Source: a virus
Lineage: Duplodnaviria; Heunggongvirae; Uroviricota; Caudoviricetes
Strand: one strand, 5' to 3'
Virus record (IMG/VR): IMGVR_UViG_3300013126_000013
Length of the DNA stretch: 64,000 nucleotides
Below the pieces are notes generated by a model that was not told the origin of the DNA, did not search any database, and worked only from the letters and a program-made list of their open reading frames with translations. Numbering within the stretch: the stretch's first letter is position 1; each line of letters opens with the position of its first letter. Shown here piece after piece: positions 53,942-61,151 of the stretch. The position numbers and the translations under genes were made by a program.

Positions 53942-54016
53942 TGGTCCTGACGGTTGGTTACGATCCAACTCTACCGAGTCCACAGCTCAGCGTGCTACCA
54001 TTATCACTACATCAGG
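53942..54016 (-). tRNA. tRNA-His(GUG)
   Basis: CCTGATG/CGTCAGG A CCA, loop CTGTGGA, GTTGGATCGTAACCAAC. Confidence 0.55.
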
Positions 54017-54022
54017 ATATTC

Positions 54023-54097
54023 TGGTGTACCGGGTGGGGATCGAACCCACGACTTACGGATTAAGAGTCCGCCGTTCTACCGCTGAACTACCGGTGC
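54023..54097 (-). tRNA. tRNA-Lys(CUU)
   Basis: GTTCAGCGGTAGAAC D-arm, stem GCGGA/TCCGT loop CTCTTAA, GTGGGTTCGATCCCCAC, CCA encoded. Confidence 0.6.
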
Positions 54098-54201
54098 ATT
54101 ACTTAGAAGATACACTACAACGGATTCGCACCGTCTCCCCTTTCATTCCGCAGAAACCGCCTACTGACGCTTGGGTGCCTACTAGTGTATCATCAAAGTA
54201 A

Positions 54202-54240
54202 TGGTGAATCCGGTCAGACTCGAACTGACGTATTCCGATT
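54202..54240 (-). pseudogene. tRNA 3' half (T-arm + acceptor 3' strand + CCA) of a split tRNA
   Basis: TCGGA ATAC GTCAGTTCGAGTCTGAC CGGATTC A CCA; pairs 7/7 with 5' half at 55051..55088. Confidence 0.5.
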
Positions 54241-54245
54241 AATCT

Positions 54246-54329
54246 TGGTGAACGGGGTGAGATTCGAACTCACGAAGCTAGTGCGACTGATTAAAAGTCA
54301 GTTCCCTTTGTCCACTTGGGTACCCGTCC
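54246..54329 (-). tRNA. tRNA-Lys(UUU) (12-nt variable region)
   Basis: GGACGGG/CCCGTTC A CCA, perfect stem ACTGA/TCAGT loop CTTTTAA, GTGAGTTCGAATCTCAC. Confidence 0.55.
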
Positions 54330-55017
54330 GTATATCTTCCATTACAGAATCAATATAAGCTTTTCTATCTTGTTTGTCAACTAATTTTTTGTAGTCAGAC
54401 CATTTTATCCGTATTATTTTCCACCCAAGATTTTCAAGATATTGATTTCTTCTTTTGTCACTCTCTATAATGCGGTCATCTAAGTAATGTTGATCACCAT
54501 CTATTTCAATGTCAATCTTTTTTTCAACTAAAGCAAAGTCAAGTTGATAGGTGTGTATTTGATATTGCTCAACATAGTTTAAACTTACTTTATCAAAAAT
54601 TTTCTTCCAGTATCTTTCTGGATATGATAGGCCTTTGCTATAATGATTTAGTTTATATGGTACCATATCTGGGTTTTCAGAAAGAAATTTTCTCCTAGAA
54701 TTGGAAATTTTGTTTTTAGTTTCTTGGGTATGCTTTCGTCCGACATTAGCGTTACGCAATTTAATTATTGTTTGTTCAGATCTAATAGGTTTTGGTAAGC
54801 CTAATTTATTAGCTTTTGTATATTGGTTTTCACCCTTATATCCAGGTTTCCTACCAGATTTCGATTTAGGCTTAGGAAAGGGATTGCTTACACAACGATT
54901 TTCATGTGCTTTATTTGCACCAGGATTAGTAGTTTCTCTGCCACAAAATTGGCAAATAAATAGTTTCATGCTGGAAATCTCCGTTTGTGTTTCTAGAGTA
55001 GGTAGATGTTGGCGCAT
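54298..55017 (-). mobile_element. homing-endonuclease-like gene: N-terminal Zn-finger + C-terminal Vsr/DUF559-like (PD-(D/E)xK) nuclease domain
   Basis: CQFCGRETTNPGANKAHENRC; ..DFALVEKKIDIEIDGDQHYL..; 3' end overlaps tRNA-Lys(UUU). Confidence 0.5.
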
Positions 55018-55050
55018 CGTGACCTACATTATTATTTATACAAACAAAGA

Positions 55051-55088
55051 TTTTAGTCGGGTGCTAAAACCACCTCAGCTACGGATCC
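55051..55088 (-). pseudogene. tRNA 5' half of the split tRNA whose 3' half is 54202..54240
   Basis: GGATCCG TA GCTGAGGTGGTTTTAGC A CCCGA CTAAAA.. Confidence 0.5.
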
Positions 55089-55218
55089 ACTCTTTGCGAA
55101 GCGCCATCTTATCGTTACGGCGTTCCACTTTCTTAGTCTTTCCATGCGCACCAGAAGGACGTTTGGAAAGATGAAGGACGAAAGGATTTCGTGCCTTCGG
55201 GAGTTCCTTATGTTTCAT
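55078..55218 (-). CDS. small basic peptide (46 aa) directly after promoter; stop inside tRNA 5' half
   Basis: AGGAAAGGGAA RBS; MKHKELPKARNPFVLHLSKRPSGAHGKTKKVERR.. Confidence 0.3.
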
Positions 55219-55232
55219 TTCCCTTTCCTCGT

Positions 55233-55273
55233 TACTTACTCAGTTATAAACAGTCTTTTCAGAATGTCAACAA
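55233..55273 (-). promoter_or_regulatory. phage promoter (TTGACAT family)
   Basis: TTATAAACAGTCTTTTCAGAATGTCAACAAC. Confidence 0.55.
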
Positions 55274-55300
55274 CTATTTTCGTTTTCCATAAATATTTTT

Positions 55301-55789
55301 ATGAAATATCTTATTCTCATATTCGCCCTTGCCGGCTGTTCGAACAATATGTTCTTGAGCCGTGTCATACCACCAGTTGAGCCGGTAGATACTGCTGCAT
55401 CTATGATTGGCCTACATGAAAAAACCTCAAGAAAAGAGATTCGCAAATTCATAGGTCTCGACCCAGTTAGGTATCAATGGTGTGCAGCATTTGTCAACTC
55501 GGTACTTCACTATCATGATATTCCTGGGTCTGAAACCGTAAGCCGCCATCCGCTTCTTGCAAGAAGCTTTTTGAAGTGGGGTGAGCCGGTTCAAGAGCCA
55601 GAGTTCGGAGATATCGTAATATTTACTCGAAACAACAATAACTGGCAAGGTCACGTTGGTTTCTATATAGAGTCTGCTATCGTAGATGGTGTCCCAAGCT
55701 ACATTGTGTTAGGTGGAAACCAAGACGATGAGATTAAGTACAAAGCGTACCCAACATCAAGATTGCTTGGAATCCGAAGAATACCTTGA
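55301..55789 (+). CDS. NlpC/P60-like (TIGR02594-type) cysteine peptidase lipoprotein
   Basis: lipobox LAGC; YQWCAAFVNSVLH..GDIVIFTR..GHVGFY Cys/His motifs. Confidence 0.45.
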   Translation: MKYLILIFALAGCSNNMFLSRVIPPVEPVDTAASMIGLHEKTSRKEIRKFIGLDPVRYQWCAAFVNSVLHYHDIPGSETVSRHPLLARSFLKWGEPVQEPEFGDIVIFTRNNNNWQGHVGFYIESAIVDGVPSYIVLGGNQDDEIKYKAYPTSRLLGIRRIP

Positions 55790-55802
55790 TTCTGTTTTCA
55801 AC

Positions 55803-55882
55803 TGCACAATCACGAATCGAACGTGTTTTCTTGTCACTGACTATATAGTCCACTACCCAGTAGCTACAATGGGTTATTGTGC
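55803..55882 (-). pseudogene. tRNA-like gene with anticodon arm replaced by palindrome GACTATATAGTC
   Basis: perfect acceptor GCACAAT/ATTGTGC, D-stem CCCA/TGGG, T-arm CACGTTCGATTCGTG. Confidence 0.4.
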
Positions 55883-55991
55883 ATGTGAAAACAGAATCGC
55901 TTCTGTTTCCAGTTCCATCATCGGGCCTCCCCTAGGAACAAAGCTTAAATTTTCAATGAGCTGGGATGATTGATACGATCTCTTCGATCCC

Positions 55992-56031
55992 GAGTTTTTC
56001 TTCTATATTAGATCGACACGAATGTCAACCG
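55992..56031 (-). promoter_or_regulatory. phage promoter (TTGACAT family)
   Basis: TTCTATATTAGATCGACACGAATGTCAACCG. Confidence 0.55.
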
Positions 56032-56036
56032 TTATT

Positions 56037-56118
56037 TTGGAGGTGAGTGTCAGAATCGAACTGACTACTTGCGTGCTTCGGATTTGCAATCCGACCCCTT
56101 ACCATCCGGGCCACTCAC
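56037..56118 (-). tRNA. tRNA-Cys(GCA) (13-nt variable region)
   Basis: GGTGAGT/ACTCACC T CCA, perfect stem TCGGA/TCCGA loop TTGCAAA, GTCAGTTCGATTCTGAC. Confidence 0.55.
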
Positions 56119-56121
56119 CGA

Positions 56122-56165
56122 ATAAGAAACCCCTCCAGACCTTTCGATCGGAGGGGTTGGTTTTC
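56122..56165. terminator. GC-rich 9-bp hairpin with T-runs on both strands (bidirectional terminator-like)
   Basis: AACCCCTCC-13nt-GGAGGGGTTGGTTTTCTT. Confidence 0.4.
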
Positions 56166-56350
56166 TTGAACCATGTACTCTAGCTTGTTAGCTGTTGTAC
56201 CCCCTCATGTTCATAATATTAAGTTCTTCACAACGCACGGTAAAGCGATAGCCAGGCTGTGCCTGCATATGCTTTGAGACTGATGCGATAGTGGGTTTCA
56301 TTGAAGGATAGTTCCTGTTAGTTTGTTTCTTATACTATTTATACACTGAT
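56166..56350 (-). ncRNA. ~190-nt non-coding segment between promoter and hairpin (candidate small RNA)
   Basis: no ORF/tRNA; bounded by promoter 56360 and hairpin 56165. Confidence 0.3.
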
Positions 56351-56368
56351 TCTTGATGATGTCAACAA
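56328..56368 (-). promoter_or_regulatory. phage promoter (TTGACAT family)
   Basis: TTATACTATTTATACACTGATTCTTGATGATGTCAACAAAAAAG. Confidence 0.55.
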
Positions 56369-56393
56369 AAAAGTGTAAGTTTTTGAAAATAAT

Positions 56394-56834
56394 TTAGATG
56401 AAAGCTTTGAGCATCCAGCGGTGCTTTTCATGAGCAGCGATACGATCCTCGATGAAGTTCACAACACCTGCTTGTTCGAGTTGGTCTGCAATTGTACGAA
56501 CTTCATATAGCGTCGTAATGACTACATCATTATCGCGAGCAAGGCGAGCAAACATAAGAGGAGGTTCTGGAATCATAAGCTCATCTTCGATTCGGCTCAG
56601 CTCCTTGAAGCGAGACAACGAACCTGGAGCAAACGATCCTGCAATACGAATCATTTCTGCGATGTCGTCAATAGAACCGTCAACCTCTTCGTAGAAGTCA
56701 CCGAAGAACTCGTGGTACTGGGCAAAGTTTGGCCCAGTCACGTTCCAATGATAGTTCTGGGCTTTGATCGAAAGCCCATACACTGTTCCAAGTAGAACCT
56801 TCAATGCTTCTGCAATTTGATCCATGATACTCAT
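56394..56834 (-). CDS. dps: Dps-like ferritin-fold protein
   Basis: HWNVTGPNFAQYHEFFGDFYEEV..IAEMI ferroxidase-centre pattern. Confidence 0.7.
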   Translation of the reverse strand: MSIMDQIAEALKVLLGTVYGLSIKAQNYHWNVTGPNFAQYHEFFGDFYEEVDGSIDDIAEMIRIAGSFAPGSLSRFKELSRIEDELMIPEPPLMFARLARDNDVVITTLYEVRTIADQLEQAGVVNFIEDRIAAHEKHRWMLKAFI

Positions 56835-56865
56835 CCTTTGTTATTGTTCTTGAGTATTTATACTA

Positions 56866-56904
56866 TGGTGCTCCCGCAGGGATTCGAACCTACGATCAAG
56901 ACGG
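56866..56904 (-). pseudogene. tRNA 3' half (degenerate T-stem) of a split Cys(GCA)-like tRNA
   Basis: CGTCT TGATC GTAGGTTCGAATCCCTG CGGGAGC A CCA; pairs with 5' half 57547..57584. Confidence 0.5.
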
Positions 56905-56977
56905 TAGTTCCCCAGAGACTCGAACTCTGACCTGAAGCGTTATGAGCGCTTAGTGCTGACCTTTACACCAGAGAACC
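56905..56977 (-). tRNA. tRNA-Met(CAU) (elongator or Ile-lysidine type)
   Basis: GGTTCTC/GGGAACT A, perfect stem AAGCG/CGCTT loop CTCATAA, perfect T-arm CAGAGTTCGAGTCTCTG. Confidence 0.6.
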
Positions 56978-57490
56978 ACTTTTTTGTTTCTTCTTTCTCC
57001 AAATTTCGCGAAGATGCTCTTTACGTTCTTCTGAAAGTGGAGCACGTTTTTGGCCTTTGTTTGCCAACCCACCTTTGCGACCAACTTCTTTAGCAGATTC
57101 ACTGTTCCACACTTTTCCGGCTTTTACTGCACCAGCACCACCTGCCAATGAGCGTTTGTGCTGACCGTTTATATAACCTTTGTGTGCAGCTTCTTTGCTG
57201 AAACCACCGTGACCAGTTTCTTCTCGAAAGTTGGCCCACTCTTTAGATTCAACGATGTTGAAAAGTTTGCTAAAGAATATAGCAGTTTCTTTGAACTCGG
57301 CTTCATCTTCAGTAGCCAAAAGAATCTGAGTATCTAGGTTTAAGCCGTGTTCTTTCAGATGTCTTTTCCAATATAGACCTGATCCATTATAGCACATTGG
57401 GTCTCTTATGGTTTTGCCGAGATACTTTAATCCTGTCGTACGATGGGTTTTAACGTACAAATAAATAGTCATGCTGGAATTCCCTTTCAT
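56963..57490 (-). mobile_element. GIY-YIG homing endonuclease gene
   Basis: MTIYLYVKTHRTTGLKYLGKT GIY-YIG; 3' end overlaps tRNA-Met. Confidence 0.7.
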
Positions 57491-57546
57491 TCTAGAGTTA
57501 GTGGACGTTGGCCCGGCGCGACTAACACTATTTATATGATCAAGAA

Positions 57547-57584
57547 TTTGCAGCGCCCAGCTCTAACCGCTGAGCTACAGGAGC
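57547..57584 (-). pseudogene. tRNA 5' half (acceptor, canonical D-arm, anticodon stem + loop CTGCAAA) of split tRNA
   Basis: GCTCCTG TA GCTCAGCGGTTAGAGC T GGGCG CTGCAAA. Confidence 0.5.
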
Positions 57585-57684
57585 AGATTGGTAGAAGTGC
57601 TGGGTTACGCTCCCAGTCGAGAACAGTCATCTACTGCTGAAGGGTTTATAAGGCCCTCTTGCGTCTAACGCCCACTTCCATAAT

Positions 57685-57729
57685 TGGTGTCCCCGGTCGG
57701 ACTCGAACCGACACTGAGATGTAAAATTA
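57685..57729 (-). pseudogene. tRNA 3' fragment (T-arm + acceptor 3' strand + CCA)
   Basis: GTCGGTTCGAGTCCGAC CGGGGAC A CCA with no local 5' strand; possible partner 5' half at 59189..59226. Confidence 0.4.
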
Positions 57730-57737
57730 TATAAATA

Positions 57738-57820
57738 GTGGTAGGCATGGTCGGACTCGAACCGACACGGATTAACCAGCGAATTTTAAGTCCGCCGCGG
57801 CTACCATTTCGCCACACGCC
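57738..57820 (-). tRNA. tRNA-Leu(UAA), type II
   Basis: GGGCGTG/CATGCCT A CCA, stem GCGGA/TTCGC loop CTTAAAA, variable arm TGGTTAATCCG, GTCGGTTCGAGTCCGAC. Confidence 0.55.
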
Positions 57821-57835
57821 CATGGAGATATTTAT

Positions 57836-58429
57836 ATGATTCCTAAGAAAATACTAACACAGTTCAAACTAACTGTCAACTATAATTGTTCAAAATGTAA
57901 TATTTCTTCTTGGTTAGAAAATAAGATTACATTAGAAGTTGACCACATTGATGGTGACAACACTAATCATAGCTTATCAAATCTAAGATATCTTTGCCCG
58001 AATTGTCACAGCCAGACAGATACGTGGAGAGGTCGAAACAAAAATACTGGAAAGGTAAAAGTTTCGGATGAAGAACTATTGAGTGCTATTCATGAAACTG
58101 CAAATATAAGACAGGCTCTCATTAAAGTAGGATTGTCTCCTAGAGGACCAAACTATAACAGAGTTTCAAAGTTGTTAAATACATATGAAATAGACTTCAA
58201 AAATTCTCAATATAATACTGTTTGGATAAATGATGGAACACTCAACAAAAAAGTTAAACATGAAGTATTAAATGAATATTTAGCTACTGGATATAAGATT
58301 GGTAGAATTGGAATTACTCAACCATCAGTTAAAGGAAAGGTATGGGTAACTAATGGAATTATTAATAAAATGTGCAACCCAGACTCTATTCCAGATGGAT
58401 TTTGGAGAGGAAAATTCCACAGAAATTAA
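57836..58429 (+). mobile_element. HNH homing endonuclease gene
   Basis: LEVDHIDGDNTNHSLSNLRYLCPNCHSQTD HNH motif; plus strand. Confidence 0.65.
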
Positions 58430-58454
58430 GTGTCCTGCCTTTGGCCTACGAGGA

Positions 58455-59117
58455 CTATATCGTAAAATTTTCACATTTTTTTAACGTGTCTATTATCTCG
58501 ATATTTTTATATTGTTTAAGTAATATTTTTAATTTTTTATCTTGTACTTTGGCCGCATGTGGATTTTTAGGATCAATATATCTATTATACTTTGGAAGGT
58601 AAAAATCTGGAAAGTAATTATGAATTATTCCATTTTCATCAATCCATGGTAAGGGATCGGGCCTAATCCACTCTATATTTAACTCATCTAATCTTTTAGC
58701 TAAAGCTAATTCCCAAGACGAATCTAATAAAATTCCTTTGTACTCAACAACACCTTTTCTCAATCTTCTATGGGTAGATGCTAAAGCTTTCTCTTTTATT
58801 AGGAGTTTACTTTTTTCAGTATGCCTTTTACCAGTCGATGCGACTCTTTGTTTTTCTCTTGTTGCTTCAGATACAATAGCACCATAAGTGAATTGATTAT
58901 TAAAATTCCTTTTTGCTGATCTAGCTTTAATTAGATCTTTGTTATAAGAATCTTTTTTTGGGTTTTCTGAACACCATCTACTATGATTCGCCATCCATCC
59001 CTTAGATTTATCGGATATATCGAATTCTTTCTGACAGTGTTTACATATTCCCTTATTCACTAAAATACTCCTATATGGAAGCCCCTGGAGGAATCGAACC
59101 TCGTACCGTCCATCCAC
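58455..59117 (-). mobile_element. Zn-finger + PD-(D/E)xK homing-endonuclease-like gene (paralog of 7345..8040)
   Basis: CKHCQKEF..ANHSRWC Zn-finger shared with 51036 HNH; NYFPDFYLPKYN PD motif. Confidence 0.5.
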
Positions 59118-59159
59118 CTTTAAGGACTCGTTTAGAAGACGAGGAGTGGGGCAGGAGCC
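59076..59159 (-). tRNA. tRNA-like gene, anticodon UCU (Arg) candidate, atypical (no room for D-arm, long variable region)
   Basis: GGCTCCT/AGGGGCT T CCA, perfect stem CTCGT/ACGAG loop CTTCTAA, T-arm CGAGGTTCGATTCCTCC. Confidence 0.35.
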
Positions 59160-59188
59160 TTGATATAAAAGTATTTATAGTTTTGTAA

Positions 59189-59226
59189 ATTTAGGCAGTT
59201 GCTCTATCCAACTGAGCTACGGAAGC
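59189..59226 (-). pseudogene. tRNA 5' half (acceptor + canonical D-arm + 5' anticodon stem)
   Basis: GCTTCCG TA GCTCAGTTGGATAGAGC A ACTGC CTAAATT; no adjacent 3' half. Confidence 0.45.
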
Positions 59227-59233
59227 GTTATCT

Positions 59234-59641
59234 TTATTTGTAGAAGTCAAACGAATAGGTTTGACCATTCTGTTTGAAAGTAATGGTACTGTGTGAATAC
59301 ACTTGTGTGCTTTCGTATCGGTATGTTGTTTCTTCCCAACACTTTTTACCGCCTTTATCAGCACCAATTACGCCTCCAATGACGGCACCGGCGGCGGCGC
59401 CTTTATCGTCACCAGTAACACCTTTGCCGATAATACCACCGATAATCATCCCAGCCAGAGCGTCACCACCTGCCGAACCATTGCGGCAAAATGTTTGAGT
59501 GATGGGAACACTGACTTCTTGCCATATGTAATGATCTTTAACCGTAGCCCGAACCGTATCGGCTGATGCTGATGTCGTAATGAGAGTTACTGCAATTGCT
59601 AGTACGATTTTCATTGACCGAGCCTTTCGTCCCAAAAGCAA
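59234..59641 (-). CDS. secreted glycine-zipper protein
   Basis: signal peptide; GMIIGGIIGKGVTGDDKGAAAGAVIGGVIG. Confidence 0.5.
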   Translation of the reverse strand: MLLGRKARSMKIVLAIAVTLITTSASADTVRATVKDHYIWQEVSVPITQTFCRNGSAGGDALAGMIIGGIIGKGVTGDDKGAAAGAVIGGVIGADKGGKKCWEETTYRYESTQVYSHSTITFKQNGQTYSFDFYK

Positions 59642-59661
59642 TATTTTTATTTATAGACGTT

Positions 59662-59862
59662 TCACTTTTTTCGAATATCAATAGCGATCAAGATACCGGC
59701 AACAAAAATGACAAATAGCCAGGTAATCCAAATCGGCGAAAGAACCCACCACCAAGACCACGTAATATAGTTTGTAAGCTTGAGTGTGATGAACACAATA
59801 GTAAGAAGACCAATGAAGCCAATGCCACTCGAAGACGAGCTACTATTCGTGTTGTTTGCCAT
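59662..59862 (-). CDS. small 2-TM membrane protein
   Basis: ORF. Confidence 0.4.
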   Translation of the reverse strand: MANNTNSSSSSSGIGFIGLLTIVFITLKLTNYITWSWWWVLSPIWITWLFVIFVAGILIAIDIRKK

Positions 59863-59863
59863 A

Positions 59864-60079
59864 TTAGTTCAGCCTTTCGTTCCAGAAAGCAGTATACATT
59901 TCTTTGTCAGTTTTCCAGCGAGGACGTACCGACACTGGAGAATCGTAAAGACCTACACGTTCGATAAACGCAGCGACTTCTTTATCAATTGCTAGCTCAA
60001 ATTCAGATTTAACTGGCTTAGCATTTACTCGACGCATTTCGTCGACGACTGGGTTATATTCGGTATTCATACGATCCAT
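59864..60079 (-). CDS. hypothetical protein (71 aa)
   Basis: ORF. Confidence 0.4.
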   Translation of the reverse strand: MDRMNTEYNPVVDEMRRVNAKPVKSEFELAIDKEVAAFIERVGLYDSPVSVRPRWKTDKEMYTAFWNERLN

Positions 60080-60270
60080 TCACGTTTTTCTTTCATTGCA
60101 TCGTGGGCGCAATCAACATAGTCTTTGTCTTCGTCTGTCATATGCGCCCAATACTTAGACAAAGACTCAATCAATTCAGCGACAGCATTAGGTGTTTCGA
60201 TGTGCATTTGAGCATTCATCAAATGCTCTAGAGCCTGCATCTTTCGTTCGACTTTTTCAGCGATACTCAT
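60067..60270 (-). CDS. hypothetical protein (67 aa)
   Basis: ORF. Confidence 0.4.
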   Translation of the reverse strand: MSIAEKVERKMQALEHLMNAQMHIETPNAVAELIESLSKYWAHMTDEDKDYVDCAHDAMKEKREWIV

Positions 60271-60443
60271 GCTGCCATACTCTTAATCATTTTCTCTTCT
60301 TCAAGACTTTGTTCAAGCTGAAGATCTTCTACGAAGAATTCAATCCGCATCATAAGATCTTCTTTCGTGTGGCCATAAGTTTTGGCGCGACGAACGATGT
60401 CTTTCAGGCGGATGATCACGGTGTCGTAGTCTTGCATCTGCAT
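60267..60443 (-). CDS. small hypothetical protein (59 aa)
   Basis: sub-threshold ORF, ATGA coupling. Confidence 0.3.
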   Translation of the reverse strand: MQMQDYDTVIIRLKDIVRRAKTYGHTKEDLMMRIEFFVEDLQLEQSLEEEKMIKSMAA

Positions 60444-60457
60444 CTTTTTTCTCCGGT

Positions 60458-60499
60458 TTACTTATATAGAGTATACTAAACTCTGCCATATGTCAACAG
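60458..60499 (-). promoter_or_regulatory. phage promoter (TTGACAT family)
   Basis: TATATAGAGTATACTAAACTCTGCCATATGTCAACAGG. Confidence 0.55.
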
Positions 60500-60514
60500 G
60501 AAAAATCACTAAGT

Positions 60515-60772
60515 TCACGCATTCTTTTTACCCTTCTTGTTTTTCTTGTCTTCAACAATACGAGCTGCAAGTGCTTTGCTCTTGTCCCACATTTCTTGGA
60601 CGTCTTTGTACCGCTGAGTCGTAATCCACTCGCCGGTCATAAAGCCCCAAGACTGAATTGCGCGGGTCTTCGTTCGATGACTTTGGATAAGACGAGACTT
60701 CATACAAACCGGTTCTTTAATCTCGTCAATCACGTCGAATTGTACGCCGAAGTCGATGTTTTTCGTATTCAT
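60515..60772 (-). CDS. hypothetical protein (85 aa)
   Basis: ORF. Confidence 0.4.
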   Translation of the reverse strand: MNTKNIDFGVQFDVIDEIKEPVCMKSRLIQSHRTKTRAIQSWGFMTGEWITTQRYKDVQEMWDKSKALAARIVEDKKNKKGKKNA

Positions 60773-60780
60773 CTTTTACC

Positions 60781-61089
60781 TCAAAAGTTGTAGTCATAGA
60801 AGCGCTTGGGCTTGTCGGACAGACGATGTTCGCCGTGGATCGACTTCCACTTTCCGCTTTTCTGCAGGCGAGCACGAACAACGGGCGAACCTTCGCGGGG
60901 GCTGTAGGTGTACTCTTGAGTGCTGTTGTTTACACAGTGAGCGCTAAAGCCGCCGGCGATCATCTCGGGTTTCCACCCGTCGACGAGCTTGGCATTCATC
61001 TCACGGATTTCGATGGTTTTGTCAGAAACAACACGAACAACTTCATAGGGGACGATGTCAGAGTAACCGATCAGATTCGCGAATTTCAT
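60781..61089 (-). CDS. hypothetical protein (102 aa)
   Basis: ORF. Confidence 0.45.
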   Translation of the reverse strand: MKFANLIGYSDIVPYEVVRVVSDKTIEIREMNAKLVDGWKPEMIAGGFSAHCVNNSTQEYTYSPREGSPVVRARLQKSGKWKSIHGEHRLSDKPKRFYDYNF

Positions 61090-61109
61090 GGTGTAGCCTT
61101 TCGTTGCCT

Positions 61110-61151
61110 TACTAGTTAAATATAGTACTTAGCTACGGAAATGTCAACCAG
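61110..61151 (-). promoter_or_regulatory. phage promoter (extended consensus copy)
   Basis: CTTACTAGTTAAATATAGTACTTAGCTACGGAAATGTCAACC. Confidence 0.6.

Noticed and set aside
46949-54201. Chain of plus-strand ORFs across the tRNA cluster (e.g. 53010..53375, 53531..53842) with GIEP/GNRT-like peptides
   Set aside because: They are translations of tRNA T-arm sequences (GGAATCGAACC = G-I-E-P) read in frame through consecutive tRNA genes, not proteins.
55790-56025. Antisense transcription of the plus-strand lipoprotein gene 55301..55789 from the promoter at 56023
   Set aside because: It is plausible from geometry, but the tRNA-like element at 55803..55882 and downstream structures make an independent short transcript equally likely, and there is no sequence evidence either way.
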